Source of the DNA: the human T2T-CHM13v2.0 reference genome, Homo sapiens
Assembly (NCBI RefSeq): GCF_009914755.1
Contig: NC_060936.1
DNA: 64,000 bases
Strand: one strand, 5' to 3'
Part shown: piece by piece, positions 57,331 to 64,000 of the stretch
How the letters are laid out: every line of letters begins with the position of its first letter
Position numbering within the stretch: the first letter of the stretch is position 1
Notes under the pieces: generated by a model
The model's database searches: none
Told to the model about the DNA's origin: nothing
The model's input: only the letters and a program-made list of their open reading frames with translations
Position numbers and translations under genes: made by a program

Positions 57331-59544
57331 ACACTATCATCCTGTGTTAGAATCACTTGCTATAGAAGAATTTTCAAACCTGCCAAAAATGTACACTGGA
57401 ACAAAAAAAAATTCTGAAGTCTCTCACTTCCTATAAATGGGAGGGTTTAACTGAAATACAAAGAGCTTTAAAATATTTAAAGAATTAAACCATACCTTCT
57501 CTTCAGCACATTCATTCACTTATTTTTTATCTTCTTTCAACAACTACCTACTAAATATCTCTTATGCATGAGACATCAAGAATTGAGTGAAAAAATCATA
57601 CGTCCTATGTCGTTTTCTTTTCATCATCCACAATGTGGTAGACAAGGGGCAAGCTCAAAGAGAACAACAAAATGCAGCTGGAAGTGTAAAGCTCCCCAGG
57701 AGTGAAATAGATTTGTTATACTGAGGCTTCAAAAAAGTGAAAAGTTACTTTTAGCTATTGGAATCAGGGAAAGTGGCACTTGAACTGAGTCCAGAAAGAT
57801 AAGTAGGATTTGGTAATGCAGAGATGAGGGGGACAGGGAGGGAAACATAAGGCTGAAGGAACCACATAAACAAAGTCAATAAAAGATACGTAGGCTGGTC
57901 GGCAAGTAGGTCAGTTTCTCTTGAACATTGAAGATTGATTGGAGCCTGGTTGTAGTAGAAATTCTTGAATGTCAGAAACTTGGACTTTATGTATGTATAT
58001 GTGTGTGTGCATACATGTGTTCATGCATGCACATGAGCATGTGTGTGGAAAGCATGATCAGAAAAGTTATTCTTTCTTCAGTATGTAAAATGGATTGTTT
58101 GTGGGAGAGGTCAGAGTAGGATGAACCAGGTTAAATGTATAGATGAAGGAGCAATTTACTGAATTTCTTAGGTTTGTTAAATCTCGAAGGAGGTTCCAGT
58201 TATTGGAAGAAAAGAGAAAGGAGAACCACATAGTTTTTTCATTCTGTTTTTTTAAAACTCCTTTTTTTATTGTTCCTCTTCTTTCTTGGTGTCCATCCTG
58301 AGCTATATAATTTGAACCTGTTTTTCCTGCCTGGAGTTCAAATATTGTTACCTTACATCCTTCAGACTTTCAAAAAATACCTCCCTTTTTCCCATATGTC
58401 ATTTTTCTTCCATTGCTTTTGTGTTAATTACATCACAACTATATTCTACATGCTTTCAAGGACATGTGAAATAAAATAATATAATAATTGGTTAATTACA
58501 GAGAAAAGGGAGACCTGTGTGTTTTCCCTAAACCTGTCTCTTTAGAAGCCTCCAACAAAGTTTTGAAATAATGCTTACCCAGAGTTATGCTGTTTTGAAG
58601 TCTACATTCTTTCTTTTCTGACCATTTGTAGTAAATACCAAGGAAACAATGCATTGGACATAAAGCAAACATGAAGAGGCAAAGAGAGCAGAATCAGGGT
58701 TTTGAGCAGTTCTCAAAAAAGAAAAATACCTAACCCTTAGATAAGGCAAGGCACTATTCATAAGGAGAAAAGTATCATGCTTCTTAAGCCCATTAATTAA
58801 ATATAAGCAGAGACCCTCTATTAACACTTGACTTGTAAAATTAGGTCAAGAAAATCTGAATTTAGAGTTTTTCCTTCTTTTGATATAATATGCTGTACTT
58901 TATACAACCACACCATGGATTCTCAGAAGAGATTTTTATTATAAAATATTTCTGTGGGACTATAGATTTGCCTAGGATGTGACAGGGAAATTGACATTTT
59001 AATATGCTATTTTCCAAAAGGTGGAGAATGCAAAACATTAGTTTTGAAAATGCTTACTCACAAGGTTTTAAGTTTGGCTTATTTGTCGAGCTAGTATAAT
59101 GAAGAGGAGGAGGAACTGTGAGTTTACAAAGATTGAAATGTGAAGCCTTTAACCATCATTCAGGTAATGCTTTTGTAAGCCCTGAAGCTACTTCTACATA
59201 ATATACCACAGTAATGGTTTTATGTGAACTGGGCATAATTGACTATCAGTAAAAACTAAAGCTTATTGAATGCTTGGCTTGCAAGCTCGTCTTTTGCTAG
59301 GTTTGATATGTATCTGCACATCAGGTAGTGATTTGCATTTCCTCGCACAGCGGTATTTTTAGGATGGAATATGAACACACTGCTAGAAGAGGCACTTTTG
59401 TGTAGAATACTACCACGAGTCGGCATTTTCCCAGCAGAGCCAGCAGAGAGGTTCACAAACTACCTTTTCTGTGCTTGATTACGAGGTTCATGGCAAGATT
59501 GCCTAACCAAACCATTGTTATTTCTTCTCTTCATATTTTATGTT

Positions 59545-60870
59545 ATGTTTTTGGAAACCATTTTAATCTTACAGAAAATTTGCAAGAATTGTGCAAATGA
59601 CTCTCATGTACACTTCTCCCAGAGCACTCAGAGAACTTATTCATATTTCACCAAGTTTCACCAAAGATGGTCACTTTTAGTAATTCAGGATAAATATTGC
59701 ACCTAGTAGCTGTCACATCTTCTGAATATCCCTCAATCTGGAACAACTGTTTAGCCTTTCCCTGACTTTCATGATATTGATATATTGATGGCTAGGCATT
59801 TTACATAATGTTTCTAATTTGGGTTTGTCATATAGTTCCTCATTATTAGATACATATTAAATGTATTTTTTTTGTCAGGAATGTCATCGAAATGATACTG
59901 TGTTTTTCCTGTTGCATTTCATTGGGTGTTTCATGATATGAATATCAATATCTTCCATTTTGGTTGTGTTGAATTTGATTGCCTGATTAAGATAATATCT
60001 GCCACAATTTTATATTCTAAGTGAATTTGTCTCCAGTTGTATGTAATAGGTATTTTTGTGGGAAGATATTTTGAGACTGTGTGTAAAAACGCAATTTTGT
60101 ATCTACTTTGACCCACAAGTTTTAGCATCCGTTGAGCTTTGTTGCCTGAATTAATAATGTGCAAAAAATGTCAATAATTAATGACAACTGGTTTTCTAAT
60201 TCCATCCTGTCTTCTGCATTTTCTCTCTGGCATTCTACTTTAAGAAAGAGATGTATTTTCTCCCCATGATCTTTCTATCTATTTAAATTGTATGGACAAA
60301 TAGATTTCTACTGTATTTGTTATAATTCATTACTATCACAACTTACTTTGATGCTTAATTTTCCAAGATTTGGCCACTGGGAGCCCCTTCAAACTGGCTG
60401 TGTCTCCTTTCCAACTGCCCTATCACTCTTTGAGAATTTTCTTTCTTTATGGCTCAAGGTGTTCTAGGCTCATCTTGCACATTCCCTAACTTGGCTTTAG
60501 ATCCTATTCTTTTCTTTAAGGAACTTGTATGTCTTTTTGTATAGGGTGATTTTAGAAACCAAGATCTCATTGCTCCTAGGTTTTCTTGGTGGACAAAACC
60601 AAGAAATTTATGTATGCATACACACACATACATACATACACATACATTGAAGCATTATTTATTTTGATATTATATATATGCCTTATTATAATTCAATGTG
60701 ATTATTCACATATACATACATTCATAATACCTCCAATTCCAACTCAACACCACAGTTTATTTTTCTTTCCATACTTGTGCCTCTTTTTGTCAACCATGAG
60801 AAACTTGGCTCTCATTATTCTCAATATGTTTTCTTATTTACTCAACTCCCCTGAATCGAGTAAATCTTCC
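59545..60870 (-). mobile_element. L1MC4/5-like 3' UTR fragment
   Basis: ttttggaaaccattttaatcttacagaaaatttgcaagaattgtgcaaatgactctcatgtacacttctcccag and ccaagatttggccactgggagccccttcaaactggct. Confidence 0.7.
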
Positions 60871-61374
60871 ATCCACACTAGACTTCTGTTCAACCCAACA
60901 GTTTCCTGGCCTTGGCCCTGTCTGTCACCTGTCTGCCTTTCCAGAATGAAGAAAATAGGAAAGCAAGCACATTAGTGGTTTTTGAAAGATATGTGCTTTT
61001 CTTTCCTTTTTGTTGGGGTTATAAACAGGAATTACAATACCATTAGTTAATGTTTCTGACTCAAATCAGTTCTACTTGTGTCTACATTTGTGACCATATC
61101 TATATCAAGATGGATCCACAGGGGGAAATATTTCTTGAATACAAATCAGTATGCAAACATTCATGTTTATGACATTAAAGATTAGAGGTTTGATAGTGTC
61201 TAGGATTTATTACTGAGTTCCTTTTAATGATCAGTACATAAAGAATAACATTTAGGTTAGACCAGTGGAAGTGTCACATTTAACGACCGAGTGACTGAGC
61301 TGTCTGTTAGCTAAGGGAACCTCAAATGCAGTAAAATACTTAGTTCAGAGGCATTTTCATGGAGTTAAACTGCA

Positions 61375-61600
61375 GGGTAGTAGTTAATAGAGCAACATTT
61401 ACAGGTAGCCAGATTCAAGTACTGGTTAAGCATCTACTAGATTGTTACCTAGGGCAACTTATTTGACCTCTAGATGTCTTAATTTCTTTATCTGCAGCAC
61501 CTACATTGCAAGATTATTGTGAATTTTGAGTGATAGGCTCTAGGAAAATACTAAGCACCACACTTGGCACATATTAAGTGCACAAAAACAGGTAATAGCT
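61375..61600 (+). mobile_element. MIR
   Basis: tactagattgttacctagggcaacttatttgacctctagatgtcttaatttctttatctgca. Confidence 0.7.
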
Positions 61601-61692
61601 CTCATGGTAATCACTGGTATCATGACTTTTAATTACTACAACTCTCAGTAACAGATGAAGGACCTGGCTTATTAGAATTCTAAATAAATTAT

Positions 61693-61823
61693 ACTCTGGA
61701 GGCTGAGGTGAGAGCATCTCTTGAACCAGGAAGGTCAAAGCGGAAGTGAGCTATGGTTGCTTTAGTGCGCTCCAGCCGGGGTGACAGAGTGAGACCCTAT
61801 CTCAGAAAGTAAATAAATAAAAG
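61693..61823 (+). mobile_element. AluJ/FRAM right-monomer fragment
   Basis: ggaggctgaggtgagagcatctcttgaacc ... gacagagtgagaccctatctc with an A-rich tail. Confidence 0.82.
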
Positions 61824-63479
61824 AAATCCAGATAAACTGTTTTTGCAATGCTATATCTTATAGTTTCAATAGTTACTCATAACATGATGACCATGTTGTA
61901 AATGCACAGTAAGATTGTCTACATAGGACCATGTTGCTGAATATTTTGAAGGAATATTATGATACATATTTTTTCTTTTTCCAGTTAATAGGAAGAGAAT
62001 GCATTATCAGTTTATGGGGAAACAGTGAATGTGCCACTGCAATATTCACTATATCTGTCAAAATGTACTTTCTGATTAGAAAACACTCTTGATTCTAAAG
62101 TCTTTATAAATTATTTCATGAATCAACCCAAATATTTTTATTTAACTGGTACAAATCATGCATAAAAATAGAGGGTATGTTGTGCGTCTTCAGAGATTTA
62201 ACTCAACTTCTTTGATCATTTGCATAAAAGGTACATCTTTACCAGTTGGCATTGATTGATCCTCTATAGACTGGAGTTAAAATCTAATTTTGCCATAACA
62301 AATTATGAGGTGGAAATACTAGAGAAACGGATGGCTTGTAACATCAGTAGACATTTCTGGTCCCATTTCCATGTGAATATAAAGCAAGGATGACTTCTAA
62401 GTCCTTTTTACAGTGATTTGAAGTTTACCTTCACCATGTTCCTTTCTTTCATCGATCAATCTATTTCCTTATTAATGCTAAGTTAGATCACTCATGTAGG
62501 GAATTTGATGAGAAATACACCAGAGAACTTAAGGTAAATAAGAGTCTCTTGTGACTTAAACTAAAAGACATAAAAGAGTGAGTCTGCCAAAAATATGCAC
62601 TGCTACATTAACAAAAATTTTAAAAAGGCTTCCAAGACAAGACTGAGCTGTCACAAGTAGGAATACATTTTTTTAAAAAGCATGTCTCAGACAGGGGGAA
62701 TGGGAACTTAACCAATGGAATTAAGTCTTACATATTGAGGAAGATAGCTGTAAGTCAGCTTCTGAAGAATTCTTTTTAAGAGCTGTTTGCTTTTAGTAGA
62801 GCAAAAACTATACGGCTAAAATACATTCCAAGTTTTCTTTTACTCCAGACTTTCTTAGATGGAGATAGAATCTTTTTTAACTAACATGGCCAGAAACATT
62901 CTTGCTCCTGTGACAGCTGTTGGTCTTGTTCTCATAGGAACCAATTAGCGGTGGGCTTTAGACAAATATTTCAGTGAAATGCTTAATGTGACTCAGCTTC
63001 TAAAAGATAAATCTGTGAATACAAAGTCTGCAGGACTAGAGGTCAACCCTGGCTCCCAGCCAGTTCAACAAGGTGCTGTGTCTCTGTGACACTTCTTTGC
63101 AGGCAGCCAGTCAGCTTTCCCTGGGGTCCACAGTTTCACTACATACTCTCCATTTAAACTTCTTCAGCAAGTAATAAAAATCCTTAGAACACTTCAGAGG
63201 ATTGTTTTTCCCTTCGTTCAGAGACAATAGGTTAGGCAAGAGGTCAGCGAGGGGTAGAGTGGCCCACAATAGATGAAGCCAGGTGGAAGAACAGACTTTA
63301 GTAGACTTTAGAAACGAATGGGGAGGGACTGTCAGTAGATGGGGGATATGTGAGAAATTGGGGTCCAGAAGAGAAAGAAACAGCCTACACAAAGAGCAGA
63401 TATATTTGCTCTTTTAATATTGACCAGAATTTCACAAGAGAGAATGTATTTCCGGTCCTTTTGTAATAACAGTTGATTT

Positions 63480-63625
63480 CACAATTATTTTGCAAGGCAG
63501 GCATTTTTTCTTATTTTTACAGATGAACAAACAAGTTCAGAGAGGTGAAGTAACTAGCCAACATCACATGAGTTAGTAACTGATTAGTGATGGGGTCAAG
63601 TTTTACACCCAAACCCAGTATATTT
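63480..63625 (-). mobile_element. MIR
   Basis: atttttacagatgaacaaacaagttcagagaggtgaagtaactagccaacatcaca. Confidence 0.75.
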
Positions 63626-63689
63626 ACACATATGCTACTCTTTCTTGCATATGTTTTACCCACCAATAATTTTGTTTTACCGTTGTGGC

Positions 63690-64000
63690 TAATATTATTT
63701 ATTCATATATTTATAAAAGATTTGTTGACTGAAACTTATATTCTGATACAAGACTGGACACTGGGGATACAATGGTGAGTTCAAACATGGAGAATAGCGT
63801 CTAGTCTGGGAGTTAAACATTAATCAATTAATTACATTAATCTCATATCACAAGAGTATGAAGTTCTGAAAACATAGGTCCAGGGAATACTAAGTATGAA
63901 GTGCTTATAATTGGAGACTTTGCCTGATGAGCGAAATTAGGGAGGAATTTTTTAAAAATAGTCACTTGAGCTAAGACTTGGAGGGAAGGAATCAACTGGA
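63690..64000 (-). mobile_element. L2 3' end, running off the window
   Basis: tttgttgactgaaacttatattctgatacaagactggacactggggatacaatggtga. Confidence 0.6.

Noticed and set aside
63111-63392. 93-aa minus-strand ORF in GC-richer unique sequence
   Set aside because: No recognisable homology, true ATG start or splice support; the length is within chance expectation.

Overview
AT-rich mammalian (human-like, Alu-bearing) genomic DNA lying entirely inside one + strand gene, recognisable as NAV3 (neuron navigator 3). Five coding exons can be read with canonical AG/GT sites and consistent phases: 10207-10279, 12497-12680, 39174-39242, 42707-42846 and 50789-51815 (exons 4-8 by my recollection of the canonical numbering). 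They encode the end of the calponin-homology domain, a Q/H-rich stretch and a Ser/Pro/Lys-rich region with SxIP motifs. The rest is intron with 18 Alu copies or fragments, two MER66-like LTRs, THE1, MLT1/MLT2 LTRs, L2, L1M, MIR, MER5 and microsatellites. The most unusual structure is a non-TE inverted duplication (34061-34483 vs 38435-38868). By eye the arms are identical apart from one 11-bp indel. The left copy appears pasted into the end of an LTR with microhomology at both junctions, and the right copy lies 305 nt upstream of a frame-preserving 69-nt exon. Other points of interest are several older short local duplications, a nested-palindrome mosaic at about 22.5-23.0 kb, an abutting head-to-head AluY pair, and a perfect 20-bp palindrome carrying PBX-HOX/AP-1-like motifs. 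I see no prokaryotic-type system (CRISPR, operon) and no support for a new gene. Repeat boundaries and subfamily calls are by eye and approximate.
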